Shown here: piece after piece, positions 37,705 to 50,839 of the stretch
Position numbering within the stretch: the stretch's first letter is position 1
Layout of the letters: the number at the start of each line of letters is the position of its first letter
Source of the DNA: Novakomyces olei
Taxonomy: Eukaryota
Length of the DNA stretch: 64,000 nucleotides
Direction: 5' to 3'
Assembly (NCBI GenBank): GCA_016906335.1
Contig: JADEYG010000007.1
Location: 2,418,001-2,482,000, forward strand
Translations under genes and position numbers: made by a program
The notes under the pieces: model-generated
The model's input: the letters and a program-made list of their open reading frames with translations, nothing else
The model's database searches: none
Told to the model about the DNA's origin: nothing

Positions 37705-39276
37705 ATGGCGGCTCTAGAATGCTCGTTTACTGAACCCGCGGGCCAAAACTACGGCGATATGGAGCATATTGAAGCGGTTTTCACACCGCAAAGTTCTTTT
37801 GCGGGCGCTACGTCATCGGCGTCGGCGTCAGCGTCAGCGAGCGACAGAGCAGAGACGCCTGCAGGCGACTCGCAACTGCCTCCAGCTGCCACGCAGAGCG
37901 GGACCGGTAAGAATCGGAGGGCTTCTGCATCCAAATCCAACGATCAGCAATTGCCGTCGAAACAGGAATGGCCTACAACGTCTCTCGCGAGTGTTCCGCC
38001 CAACGTCTTACGGTCGATTGTGCATATGGGCTCAGTGGCCCGGCTGCTAAACGTCTGGCTCGGCCTGTTCACCTGGACTTTTCCCAACCGTTGGCTCAAC
38101 AGCTTTGTGCTTTCGCTGTTTTGGATTGTATGCCTGCACCCGCTGCTTTTCCTCTATGCTTGTGTGCCCATTGCCGTCTGGCTCGTTATATATAACGCTC
38201 CTGATCCAGGCAGCAGTAGCGAAAACTGCGGTAGCACAAGACCCGCCTCTGCCACTACGGGCTTGAACGGTTCTCGGAACGAAGCTCAGCTCTCGAAAAA
38301 CTCGGTGGATAATACTGTGCGGGAAGTAGAGCAGCTCAAGGTCCGTTTGCACGTGGTACGGCAGGCTTGGAGTGCTTTTTATTTGCGTCTTGGTCAGATT
38401 CGAACAGAGTCCTTTCCCTCAAACGACCGCAGCCATCGCACGTCACGGGTATTCCGTGTGCTTCTTTGGCCCGTGCTGCTAGTGGCCCTTTTTCCGCCCC
38501 GCTTGCTTGTTATCACCATTGGCACACTCGTCCTTTCATGGCACTCACCGGCACTCCGGGTCACACGCATGATAATGTCGCGGTCTGTATTGCTGTGCCA
38601 CCTGGCCTCCTTTATAACGGGTCTGAAGCTTTATGCCTTGCAGGACGAACAGAGGCAGTTGAGTCTTCTTGAGGCATTAAAGCGCCAAAGGAAAAAGGCT
38701 CCACCACAGAGTGACGAAAGCGTGGTTTTTGCCTACTCGATCTGTGAAAGCCAACGTAAATGGATCGGAATCGGATGGACAGCGTCGCTTTTTCCCAATG
38801 AACGTCCAATGTACTATGACGAGATTGCAGGGTGTTCCTGTGTGGCCCCGAACGCCTTCACATTGCCGGCGCCTAAGGTCGATAACCTTGATTCCTCTAC
38901 TCTTAAAGTGACACGCTGGGTATGGGTGGACCCGGAGTGGATAGTCTCCGTTGACCGCGAGCCGGGAGCGGGTGAAACAGACAGTGAGGGTTGGATCTAT
39001 ACGGACAATTACTGGAAGCATGGAGCACGCCGGCCGGATATCACAAAGTACACAAGATCACGACGCTACACGCGTAATGTACGGTTCTTTGAAGAAGTTC
39101 AAAAGGTTTACAGCTCGGAATCTGAGCGCGAAGAGGAAGCCGAAGCCGGCACAAATGCTTCTGGCGGAGGCAAAAGTAATACTGATGAAAAGCCGGACAG
39201 CAATGCTCCGGCCAAGGTGCTGGCAGAGTCTATTGAGCACGCGTTACACCGACAAAGTAGCCAAAAGAGTTCATAA
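37705..39276 (+). CDS. Pex23/Pex30-family peroxin (reticulon-like and DysF domains)
   Basis: TM hairpins; ESQRKWIGIGWT, WVWVDPEW, EGWIYTDNYWK, KYTRSRRYTR DysF motifs. Confidence 0.88.
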   Translation: MAALECSFTEPAGQNYGDMEHIEAVFTPQSSFAGATSSASASASASDRAETPAGDSQLPPAATQSGTGKNRRASASKSNDQQLPSKQEWPTTSLASVPPNVLRSIVHMGSVARLLNVWLGLFTWTFPNRWLNSFVLSLFWIVCLHPLLFLYACVPIAVWLVIYNAPDPGSSSENCGSTRPASATTGLNGSRNEAQLSKNSVDNTVREVEQLKVRLHVVRQAWSAFYLRLGQIRTESFPSNDRSHRTSRVFRVLLWPVLLVALFPPRLLVITIGTLVLSWHSPALRVTRMIMSRSVLLCHLASFITGLKLYALQDEQRQLSLLEALKRQRKKAPPQSDESVVFAYSICESQRKWIGIGWTASLFPNERPMYYDEIAGCSCVAPNAFTLPAPKVDNLDSSTLKVTRWVWVDPEWIVSVDREPGAGETDSEGWIYTDNYWKHGARRPDITKYTRSRRYTRNVRFFEEVQKVYSSESEREEEAEAGTNASGGGKSNTDEKPDSNAPAKVLAESIEHALHRQSSQKSS

Positions 39277-39727
39277 AGTGGAGAATAGTAATGATTCGAT
39301 TACCCGGAAAAGTGGTGTTTAAAGTGTCTATAATTATTGTAATTGCATTATTATTGTCCTGTCATTATTGCATTTACTGTAATGCTCTGTAGTTACTGTA
39401 ATGCATTGTAGTTTGCTCGTATTATCATTAGCTTGTTCCTGTGTTGGCTTTTTAAACCAGGCTGCGTTGCTCAATGGATCGTTGCAGCGACGAATGTAAT
39501 AACGAGGCTCGGTATAGGGGCAATCGGGATTTGGCACCTTGCACATCCTCGTCCTCTATACAAAACCCTCTGTTATACAAAAGGCATTTTACTTCGTCAT
39601 AGTCGCGAGTGTTGATATATGGCCAAGAATTTTATTATAATAATTATTATCCAATATTAAGTCCAATACAAATACATTCACATGACAGTAAAGAGATGAT
39701 CATGGGTACGCGGTTGTAGGCGCAGGA

Positions 39728-41551
39728 ATGCACGAGATTTTAACGCTACAATTTGGCAGGGATGCAAACGCGCTGGGCGCGCATTTTTGGAATTTTCAGG
39801 TGGGGGTTTATTTATATATCTTTTCATTCATGTCTTTTAATCTCAATCGTTTATTTGTATTTCGCTTTTACTATTATTTTCAACAGCTAACAGGGCAAGG
39901 AGTCCTATTTTGGCTCACAGCAGCCTTTGATTGATCACGATGTCTCGTTCCGCGTCGGCCAAACAGCACAAGGCAGTGAAACGTATACGCCGCGCGTACT
40001 CATTTACGATTCTCCAGGTGCGACAGATGATATCCACGAGATTTTAATTCAATACAGACTCCTTTGGAGCGTTAGACAAGTCGTCGCTCTATAGCGACGG
40101 AGAGAAGGATCCTCAGACAGAAGCGAATCTGCAATGGTACCACTCGTGTATTTGTAAATTGCCCTAAAACCTAACGTCAGGTCTGGCCGGATTGAACAGA
40201 TTGAACGACCAATTCAACGGTCAAAGTACCAGCAAAATTTGGATGTAATAAATCATACTTGTTCAATTAAATGAAATGAAACGAATTTATCAATTAATTT
40301 ATATATATATATATTTGTTTGTTTGTTTGTTTATTCATTTGTTTATTCAAATTGTTTGTCTTTATTGACCTTTTTCTAATTCCAGGACGGAGTCGAGTCG
40401 GCCGCCACGGCGGACGATGTCAAGTACTGGCCTGATTTCAGCAGGGTTTTCTTCCATCCCAAATCTGTTCATACGATAGCGAGCCATGGCCAGTTTACGC
40501 ATTACAATGAAGGCTCAGAGGTATTCCACAGCTTCTGTGGGAGTGAAGAGGCAGTCGATGCGGTGGACACACATCTGAGATGGCAATTGGAAGACTGCGA
40601 TTCCATTCAGGGCCTTCAAGTGCTTTTAGCACGTGATGGCGGCTGGTCTGGTTTTGCTGCCGGCTACCTGGAAGCAGTTCGTGACTGTTTGCCTAAAGTG
40701 CCTCTTAATATGACTGCAGTTGCCTCGCCTGAAAGACAGAGCTCAGTTCTTACCGAGACAAATGCCTTGAGACTGACTTGCTCTGCTCTTTCCTTTGCCG
40801 ATGCGTATACTCCGATTTCTGCTCCTGCAGATTTAATCAGCAGCAGCATATTATCGGATAAGACAGGTTCGGTTTTTGCGACTTTTCCCGGCTACGACTC
40901 GCAAAGTTTTTGGTGCTCTTCTGCCCTACTTTGTGCGGCTTACGAGAACGTGTTTCTCCCGACGCGTATGAAACCCGTCAGCGGTCTGCACCGTTCATTG
41001 GCAGAGATAGTCAGCTCTATTGCTCAACGGCCCACGCAAAGTGTGGGCAGCATGAGCATTGCGGGCGTGCAATTATCGTCGAGTGAGCCACACGTCATCG
41101 CTAAGCACGCTGTTCTCCGATCTCAAGGGGCACGTGACTTGGATTTCGCCAGTATACAGGCTACAGAGCCGGGGCCGATAACGTCATGGTACCGACAAAA
41201 TTGATTATTTATGTATTTATTTATTTATTTCTTTCTTTCTTTTTTTCTTTCTTTCTTTATTTATTTGAGTTTTTTCTCTATTTTGTCTGACTAAATCATA
41301 GGACCGTTATCGGCAACCCCGAATTCATCCTACCCCTTTCCTATCCACAAGGCATTTTCGCGAAAACTGAACCGTCTGCGTTTATCAGCTCGCTTTACAC
41401 GAGTACAAGCACAGGCAACGATCTCGAATCGATGGCGCAGAAAGCTCCTAGATTATTGCGCTCCGAGGATTTATCCCAAGATTATATTCTAGAGCTGCAG
41501 GAAACGTTGCGCAATACTGCGCGCTCTTACAGCCGAGACGATGACGACTAA
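39728..41551 (+). CDS. DML1: Misato/Dml1 tubulin-like protein
   Basis: Exons 39728-39799, 39900-40017, 40058-40136, 40181-40244, 40386-41188, 41302-41551; MHEILTLQFG..AHFWNFQ, ETYTPRVLIYD, VKYWPDFSRVFFHPKS, LEDCDSIQGLQ. Confidence 0.92.
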
Positions 41552-41741
41552 AGCAGCATATTTGTGCCTTTTATGCTGGACTGACTATCCACGCCGGGTT
41601 CGTTTAATTCGATTAAAATAGTTTGCTTCGGACGGGCTTTGTTTCATAATCAGATCAGACGCTGGCACTGTACTGTATACGCATGACTGCGGAGTGGGCT
41701 AAGCTCCGTCGTATTTTACAGTGCCAACGGCTATACCCACC

Positions 41742-41808
41742 AAACTGCAGAAAACACTAGACTGCAGAAAACACCAAACTGCAGAAAACACTAGACTGCA
41801 GAAAACAC
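41742..41808. repeat. 17-bp tandem repeat x4 (ACTGCAGAAAACAC..)
   Basis: Read directly. Confidence 0.85.
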
Positions 41809-42128
41809 GGAAATACTGCATAGCACTACATTAGTATATGGCATGCGGGAAATGCTTATCAATTATAGTCTAAAATAAGGCTAAAACGTGAATTGCGAAT
41901 GTATAGTGATAATGCAGGTGTATTGCTCTCACTGTAATGCAGTATATTCCAAAACGAAATGCCGTATATGCTCTATAGCAACGAAATAAAGTCGTAATGT
42001 ACACGCGAATTGCTCCACAGAAAAAAAAAAAATACATAAAAATAAACTGAACTCCAAACGTGCCCAAACCAGTCAGACGATGGTTTGATTATGTATAAAC
42101 GGAGGGAGACGAAATATGTATAAATGTA

Positions 42129-44292
42129 TCAAGCAAAGCAGACAACGATCCCCATACTCTGGGCGACGAGTGCCCAGTCAATAGCCAGATTTCCCTCAGG
42201 GTTGAGCCGCCATACTTCCTCGGCCACCATGAGAGCCTGGCGGTTGTGTCTGAACTGAAAAAGCTGAAACGTATCGTCAAAGTAGGCACACACTCGAGCA
42301 CGCGACTCGGCATCGTACACGTTTACAGCGGCAATAAAGATGGGAAACAGAATACTGGTAGACACACGGGTCCCGCGTATCCTTTCCAGCGTTTGCAGCA
42401 GCTCGTGTGCGAGTACACGCATCTGCAGAACGCACGGACTGATCCTGTAGATGCTCTGACGGATAAGCAGCTTTACTGCGAGAGTATAGGCATGAAAGGC
42501 GGCATTGTAAGCCGCCCTCTCGCCGGGCAGGATCTCTGGTGAGAGCAGATTTGGAGAGCAGAGCAGCAGTTTTGCTTCCAGGTCAGAGGTTTGAGCTAGA
42601 ATGGCTTGGATTGCATGAATATCGGCACCCTCCTCAGCGTGCAGTAAAGGCAGTGAGCGGGAGTGGGCAACTACGGCTCCCGCCTCCGCCAATACTGCCA
42701 CTACTGACTTGCAGACCCCCATACAAGCGTCCGAGTGCACATCGTGCTCCAAGATTTGTCTACATAATTTTACATTTAATGCAGGTCCTTCCAGCAGCAG
42801 TTTAGAGCTCATTATATCGTGGTACAGAAAGAACTGCAGCATCCACCGAGTGCTTGAGCGATGGAGCAGTCGGGCAACACTCGCTGCTCCGTTTATTATA
42901 GTCGCAGCAACACGAGCATAGTGCAGCCAGTCAGCCGATCCGTGAACCAGCTGAGCGCCCAGTGTCACCAGTGCAGCAGACAGAGTCGTTTCTGCCGACC
43001 ACTGACGCTCGTCGTTTAACCGTTTGCTTAGAATCAAGGCGCTCTTGTGCAAATGCGTCCCACACTCCTCGTCCAGCTCTCCTCCATTCCGGTGCAGCCC
43101 GGCCCAGGCCAGCAGGCCGTGCAGTGTGCCCTCGTCACTGGCGGCCACCTGTGTAAAGATGTTTCTATAGTCGTTCAAGTGCTCAGGGTTGGCTGAGCAT
43201 TTAGACGAGAATGAGCGGATAAAGTAGTCGAGCAGCAGCCCGCTCGACTGGTCCAGCCGACCAAACTTGGACGTTATGCCCGCAGTTACTGACGCACTCA
43301 GAGTGGCATACGCAGGCGGACGGTCGGCCAGCTGGGACCTGAGCGTCAGGTCCTGTGGCAGGTCCTGTGGCAGATCAGGTGGCAGAGTCTGAGGCAGATT
43401 CTGAGGCAGATTCTGAGGCAGATTCTGAGGCAGATTCTGCCCGACTCTGCCGGCAGAGCCGGCAAGAATGGGCAAGTCTCCTGCGCTGCCGGGCGACGAC
43501 GAATCTTGCTCTCCTGTGGGAGTCGGTGCTATCTCTGTGATTGCCGGAGCAGACGACAGTTGCGTAAACGCCGAGTCGGTGCTGACTCCCGGCGCATACG
43601 CCGACGGCACTTGGCCGTTCGATTCCATAAAAGTCTCCAGTAATCCATGTGATGGCGGCAAATAGTCACTGTTAGCGGCCGGCAGAGGCGACGGGATTAG
43701 CAGTTGAGGCGAAGGAATAGATACAACAGCATCCGCTTCTGCCGCCACTGACGACTGCTCGAATCCGTGCTCTAACGCTTCCAGCAGCCGCACTTTACGC
43801 GTCCGGTTTTTGTGCTTTATTCCCTGCGGAGGGTACTCGCAAGGCACCCGCAGCCTCTGGCACCGCTGGCAGACTGGCCGACTGAAATCGCATTTTTTCC
43901 TTTGCAATTAGTCCTGTAAGTCTAAAGTCTAATCAGTGTCGATCAGCGTTGATCAGCGTTGATCAGCGTCTAATCAGCGTCTTATCAACGTCCGAGCCGC
44001 TTTTGGTTTTGCTTTCTTTTTCTTCTTTTTCTTCTTTTTCTTCTTTTTTTCGTTTTTCTTTTTTTCCTGATATTTTTTTTCGTATTTTACGGCTTCAGCT
44101 TGGATTTGTTTGGTACTGCCGTTCCACTCTTTGCCTCGTTTCCATTGTATCGGGATCCAATTGCTCTTATTTCTCGTATCTCGTCTCTGCAACTTACCGT
44201 CTTGCGCGGCACCCGTAGCACCCGTCCCTGCTACGTTGCCGCCATACGCCCGTAGCTGTGGTATCATTCACAGACCTCGCAATGTCCGCCAT
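42129..44292 (-). CDS. Zn(II)2Cys6 transcription factor with fungal-specific C-terminal domain
   Basis: Exons 44292-44198 and 43899-42129 join as [44 protein letters not shown] and LFPIFIAA in the C-terminal domain; (QNLP)n repeat. Confidence 0.9.
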
Positions 44293-46476
44293 GGCCGCGA
44301 TAACGATATATTCAAATAAACAGAAATATAAATTAATTAATAATTAATAAAGAAATAAATAAACTAATTAATTAAATAATTAATTAGTTTATTTATTTAT
44401 TATTATTATATATCAATTCAATGAAACGGAGGCAATCGGTTGTTGGGTAATGTTAACCCGACCTATTTACCCTTTATAGGGGGCAAAAGGAAATCCGGGG
44501 CAGACTGAGGAGCATTCAGTATTTCGCACGATGCTTATATATTAAAGCTGCAGAAGTGAGTACGATACTTTAAAGGGATAAATTAGTTACGACCGATACT
44601 TTGCTTGGTTATTTTGGTATTTTTGCTTGGTTTTTTTTGCTTGGTTTTTTTGCTTGGTTTTTATGTCTTGATTTTTTGCTTGATTTTTTTCATTGATTTT
44701 TTTGTCGTGTTCTTCTTGCATCCTTCCTGTCTTACCTCCTACTTTATTTTAGTATACTCGTTCCCTCTTTGTGGTATCCAAACTGTAGTCTATACGGATT
44801 TTTCAATATATATATCCTAATATATTCTAAGCAGAATGGATACCATCACGCCGCTGCACTGCTTAATCGTGCCTGCTTTTTATATAGTCTGCTGCCGGGG
44901 ACGGCAGTGACAGGCGTCCGTGTCTTAATGTATGTTCGGCTTAAAGCTACTCGTAAGCCAATAGAAGATGCACCAAAAATGCTTAAACATGGCAATCTGT
45001 GCAATTATACCACGACTCTATTGGCCCATGCCAATTTCCCATACTGACCGAGAAAGTCTCACTTTGGGTACAAATTGCCGCGAAACCTTTTGTATAAGTC
45101 TAATTTAAATTGATGTAAATTGTACGTAAAGTTCAAATTAGAAAAGTCGCAATTTCCCGACTTTTTGACACGGTCAAAGATTTTGGAATTTGGGAACGGA
45201 AATGGTATATTTGCTATAGGCTAATTTCAAACTGACCGTCTCATATTACCGAACCTAGTCTGCTGATACTCTAATATTCCACATTTTTATAGTTTACATT
45301 GTTTGATCGTCGCTATAATCTTCACACATACAATAAAAAGTAAACGGGAAAACGACAATGACGGTAATCGCAACGATGACGATGAAGAAGATGATGGAAT
45401 TGCTGTCGTGGTCATTATAGTTGTATTCTTATGCTATGACAAGCGTATCTCCGTGCAGTCCTCAGAGCTCGTCTGGGTTGAGCCGCCCGAGCAGCTTTAA
45501 AAAACGCAAAGCCGGGCAGTATGAGCGAGCAGTGAAATCCCCACGTCTCTATGATCAAGTATGCCACGCCTAATGATAGGCTTTAGATAAGCTTTGGCTC
45601 TGTTCATCTATGGTTACAGCTTTTGGCTTTATCGAGTTTTTGGAATTGCAACTGACTTTTAAGCACGGAGACATCCATCAAGAATTTGCCAATTTATCGA
45701 CGGCCGATTTGGCGGTTCGTAATTCCAGCGGATCACAATGCAGAATCGTGCTTGGGTTTCGGCCTGGCTGTGAAAAATGTGAGCAGCGTGTACCAGGCCA
45801 CTATAGCCATCTTGTACCAAAGGCGTGATACGAAGCCTTGTGTACCGCTGCCTTGTATAGTGGAAAACTGATTGGTCGATCTCGACGGCCGATTCAATTT
45901 GCTCCAGAGCCGCTGGGCTTTATTGAAAACTGCCTGAAATCTTGGTAGACCGAACGAGTTGGAAAAGAAATAGCAAAAGGCTGTAGTATTCTTTTCCACC
46001 AATATCTTGAAATGCTAGTTATAACTGCGCATCACTTTGCGAAATGAAATGCTAAACGGGTCTATGGTTGATGATGCCTTCACCATGATGAAGAGGGTCA
46101 GCCTGATCGCACTGCAAACCAGATTATTTGTATACGGAATTGAAATTGCATTCATTCTTATGCATTTACTGTATATAAAGACTAATAACTCTCCTTGTGA
46201 ATTGAAAAATTCTCTCTAGAACCAAAAATAAGCTGTGTCAGATAGCTCTAGAAACAAGAATGATAAATCGCAGAGCAGCTTAATAACCAAAGTGTAAAAA
46301 CGTAAAGTCAAAGCTCAATTAATATAAAAACGTAATTAAAAAACCGCGTCTAATCTAGCGCAGCACAACATTTTCTAATATGCAAGAAGCTGTGTCTGTA
46401 GTATAAATATTCCAAGGAAGACGATACATGGCGATAAAAACATGAGTAATCCAGCGAAATCCAATCATGGAATCCA

Positions 46477-47869
46477 CTACTCCAATCCGCTCGACCATCC
46501 CTTGTCCAGAACCCCATAACGTGCAAAGATATCACGAATGCCCTCCTCCACTGCGAGCTGTCTTTTACCCAGAGCTGGATCAGTGAGGCCGCGTTGATAC
46601 TCGTGGTAGAACTTGAGAGTCTCGTCAATCTCAGCTGTGGAGGTAAACCCGATCAGGGTCGAAGCAGCTCCTATTTCGCGTCCAGCACGAAAACAATAGA
46701 CAATAGCACGTTCAGCCAAAGAGCCCTGTTGAGTTTCGTCCATGTAGGAAACAACCTCAGAAATAGCCGATCTTACTTGCTCACCGGCCGGGTGCCAAGG
46801 GTGAGGACCCTCGCGACGCAAAAGCCCCATACTGAGAGGGCTTCCGCTAAACACTGCGGAAACTCCATAGGACCGGAACTCATCGACTTTTGAGATCAGT
46901 CCGCTGTCGTGCAAATTGAGTCTTGAGTAGGATAAAACAGCGTCTAATGGCGTAGCAAAAGTGTCCCTTGCCAGCTGCAAACAAGCCGCTAGTTTATCCA
47001 GCGGGTATCCTGACACTCCAATATATCGGATCTTTCCACGCGCCTAAATCAATGGTAAGCCGTTGTGATAAAACAAAACGAATTTATTACAAATTGGAAT
47101 ATTAGAGTATAAGTTTAGAATAAAAAAAATAGACATCGGAAACCAATAGACCAGAAAAGCAACACTGTGATCGTCCAAGGCAAACAAAACGTATTCACTC
47201 CGAATAACGATTCAGTAAATAAGACAGAAAAGGCCAGCTGAATGCTTGCACGAAAATAAATACAATTACACAAATTGAATAGGGCCAATTATAAGCACGT
47301 ACCTTGTATTCATACAAAACTTGTAGAGCAGAAAGCCAGTCGTCGCGGGTGACGAACTCAATATCGTGGCAGAAAACAAGGTCCAAGTAGTCAGTGTGCA
47401 GTCGCTTCAAAGAGCGCTCGATGCTAGAAGTGACCCTAGACTGTAAGCAAAACGGCAGACGTAAAAGCAAAATTAAATTAAATTAAGTCAATTCAATTAA
47501 TTGAATTCAATTAAATGGAAAATAAATAAATACATGAACGACAGGTAAGGACGCTACAACCTACCACTCCTTGGAATAATTGAACTCGCTTTCTGCAATA
47601 CGACCGACTTTAGTGCTGATAAAAACTTCTTGTCGCGTAACGACGCCTTCGTACCAAAGGGAGTTGAGCGCTTGACCGACCATGATTTCACTATTTCCAT
47701 AATAAGGAGAAGTATCGATAGCGCGAATGCCTTTTGCCAGTGCATATTGCAGCAGCTTGCGGGCTTGCAAAGACTCTGGTGCTTCTGAGTACTGCTTCGA
47801 AAATACTGCTCCGCCCATACAAATGGGCGGCAGATTTTCCAGCGTGTACGCCGGGCCGTCGCCCGTCAT
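46477..47869 (-). CDS. Aldo-keto reductase, D-arabinose/L-galactose dehydrogenase (Ara2-like)
   Basis: Exons 47869-47565, 47435-47303, 47043-46477; DTSPYYGNSE, STKVGR, SLKRLHTDYLDLVFCHDIEFV, GVSGYP, SPLSMGLL. Confidence 0.88.
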
Positions 47870-48238
47870 TGCACGCGAAAAGAATTAGTGCCGAGAACTG
47901 ATTTATTATCGCGCGAAATTAATTATGTAAATTGGACGTTTATAAGCCGAAACGCTTATCTATCAGATTACGCTATGTTGTATTGCTTTGAAGCATCGGG
48001 ATGATTATATTGAGTCACGCAGCAGTGACACGGAATAATAATATTATTATTATTGTATTGTACTATTATTAAATTATTATTAAATTATTACTATTATTAG
48101 GGTTATACTAGTAATAATGTTAGGGTTATAATAATTGACTAGCACACACTTTATAGTCAACGTCTATCACTAGCCAAACAAGTTCTAATGCCTTTCTATC
48201 TCAATTTTCTATGTATGAAATTTTGTCCACACATCTTA

Positions 48239-49735
48239 TTACACCACTTGAGTCGGACCATCGGCAGCCTTGGTCTCGGTACTCCCTGGAGGTTTCGCGT
48301 GAGCCTTTCGCTCAGTCAATTCTTCATACATTAAATAAAACGCACCAGACAAAGCAAGGGCCCCAGTGCCAGTGCCAAACCATAAAGCCCCCCGGTAGCC
48401 CAGTAAAACGTTGTTTCCGCGATGATTAACATGTGCTTCAACCGTTCCCGCAATCCCCAGAGAGAGAGAAACAAAATAGTTTTGCACTGTACTAATTAAA
48501 CTGGCACCGGCTCCCTGATGTTCCCGGGGCACATGATCCGACATAATTAGAGTGGCGGCGGGGAAAGACATATCCATGCCCCAGCAAGCAACTACAGTGC
48601 CCCAGCAAGTCCAGCCCCAAAACGTTTGATGGACAGGAGCAACTGACCAGAATATAGCACTAACGGTAAAAGCTACAGTTGCAATTACCATCAAATGAGA
48701 GTTCGGCACTCGGCCAATCAAAAGAGCAGTAGCTGTAGCCGCCAGAGGTCCACTTATACATATGGGCACAAACTGTGCAGAGGCCAGCAAGGGTGTAATA
48801 TTACGGATATGCAGCAAAAACTGCCAGGCATAATAAACCCAAATGCCGAATGTGGACCATCCAGCACCGATGCACAACAGAATAATGGCAATTTCACGTG
48901 TAAACAGAAACTGTGGAACTAGCGGATGCTTGGCCACATGAACTTCCACGTACAGAAAAGCTGCTAGCAGCAACAAGCCCACAATAAGAAATACATAAGT
49001 GTAAACGGTTGCCCAGCCAACTACGCCGCCTTGGTTCCATGCTATATTTACAAGCACGAGCCCGGGCACACCGAGTGCTGCTCCCAGCCAGTCCATATGT
49101 ACATCGGCGTTAGGAGGAGTTGCGGGTATGATAAAGTAAGCCAGTACGGCGAAAAGTGCGGAAGCAATACCCATAATCCAATAAGACCAGGGCCACCAGA
49201 CAAACATCGAAAGCAGGCTGGAAAAAATGGCACCGAAAAAGAACCCACAGGGAGCGGACCCACCGAAAATGCAAAAGGCCACAGTTTTCCTCATGCTCGG
49301 AGGGTACAGCCGGCCTAGTAAAGCTACTCCATTAGGCAGCAACATCGCGCAGCCTATACCCTGCATAACACGGCAGAAAACGAAAAAAGGATAGTTGTCA
49401 GAAAACCCAGCAAAGCCAGCAACAATGTTCCAGAGAGCATACCACGAGTATCCAAAAAGCATCATTAATTTGGCGCCAAATCGATCGCCAAAGCGGCCAG
49501 CAGGTAGAATAAAGGCGCCTACTGTTAAACTGAAGCCGGCAGGGAACCAAGCAATCTGCCCGTCAGTGAGCCGCGAACCCGACGGGTTATGAAGATCATT
49601 CTGTATATACTGACTGGGCACAATGCTGATTGCCAGTGAAGCCTGTGTCAAGATTTGAGCAAGGGTTATTATGGCAATAAACGCAACTTCGTGGGCCGTG
49701 TTGCGAATGCCTCGACTGCGTAATATATGACGCAT
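48239..49735 (-). CDS. MFS drug:H+ antiporter, DHA2 family (Atr1/Amf1-like)
   Basis: About 14 TM helices; WFPAGFSLTVGAFILPAGRFGDRFG, GMDMSFPAATL. First ATG is at 49735; the ORF-track extension is T-rich and probably non-coding. Confidence 0.88.
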   Translation of the reverse strand: MRHILRSRGIRNTAHEVAFIAIITLAQILTQASLAISIVPSQYIQNDLHNPSGSRLTDGQIAWFPAGFSLTVGAFILPAGRFGDRFGAKLMMLFGYSWYALWNIVAGFAGFSDNYPFFVFCRVMQGIGCAMLLPNGVALLGRLYPPSMRKTVAFCIFGGSAPCGFFFGAIFSSLLSMFVWWPWSYWIMGIASALFAVLAYFIIPATPPNADVHMDWLGAALGVPGLVLVNIAWNQGGVVGWATVYTYVFLIVGLLLLAAFLYVEVHVAKHPLVPQFLFTREIAIILLCIGAGWSTFGIWVYYAWQFLLHIRNITPLLASAQFVPICISGPLAATATALLIGRVPNSHLMVIATVAFTVSAIFWSVAPVHQTFWGWTCWGTVVACWGMDMSFPAATLIMSDHVPREHQGAGASLISTVQNYFVSLSLGIAGTVEAHVNHRGNNVLLGYRGALWFGTGTGALALSGAFYLMYEELTERKAHAKPPGSTETKAADGPTQVV

Positions 49736-50839
49736 TCTGCAAGATTGTGCAAAGAAAGGTAACGCTGCCGAGATAAAGAAAGAAAAAAGAAAAGAAAGAA
49801 ATCGCTGAAGAAATTTGTTTAGTTCAAATTTAAAAATTAAAAATTCAATTTGGAGAGTTCCAGGATATGATAGGTCAATGTCTAAACGTGCCGAAGGGTA
49901 TCCGTGTTTTATGGGGATAGATGATAAAGACAAATGATGAAAAGCTCAACACCCTTGCCTGGACGTGTACGGGGCGGCAAAGCAGCTGAACCTGATATTA
50001 TAGTAGCGAGGCAGGCCTGCCGCCTCCCGTCAGAACGGTCAAGCGTAGCAAAAAGCAGAAGCCAATCTTGATATAGAGGAAGCGTGAGGTAAAAGCGGGC
50101 CGTTCAGGTCAAGCAAGTTAAGGACGCCTGATAGTATCGCAAAGCCCTTCCACTATGGCTTGTCCTTAAGGCGGGCGCTCTGCCCTTTTGCAATAATCTG
50201 GTTGCACGTGACCCGAGCCTAACTTCATCATGACTCAGCAAGTGCAGAAAATAAATAAATAAAATCCTCGGCAGATGAGATGATCATTCCTGTTAAGCAA
50301 CGATGTATTACTTGAATCTGGCTGATTCGGTATATACTAACTTTCCGACCAGAGTATACTTATAGTATAATTGACAGTAAACTTGACAGTATCCTAATTC
50401 ATATATTATATACATGAAATATAGAGTGCATCGTAGGGGAAGATTTATATTTATTATTTTAGTATTGTCGATCGCGTGTGGGTGGTATCGGGGTGTGTGC
50501 CAATCCGATTGTGGGTAAATAATGTACGCAACTTTGAAGGCGTCTATACGGTCGAGACAAGTACAATGGCAACGTATATTTATTAACAAACAGGTTTCTC
50601 TGTGTGCTCTCGCCAGCATTTTATACTGTATGTAAAGGAATAATGTGGGGACTTTTAAAGTATGCCAGAATTAATCACGCGGTAGCAAGCCTCGTGCACT
50701 GCAGCAACTGTGCACTAAATGACAGTGGTATACCAAGCATGATCCACGAGCGGCGTCTGGCTATATAGCGCTCATGCCAGTTTTAGAAAATGCAAGTAGC
50801 AAGCATTACGAATATAAGCAATCGTGAATCCAGTTGTCT

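Noticed and set aside
45300-46220. Possible degraded gene on the minus strand (ATG near 46086, in-frame TAG, then an 89-codon ORF)
   Set aside because: Multiple stops, no recognisable motif and no consistent splice model.
42129-49735. Zn2Cys6 factor, reductase and MFS pump as a metabolic cluster
   Set aside because: All are common families with no shared pathway evident.
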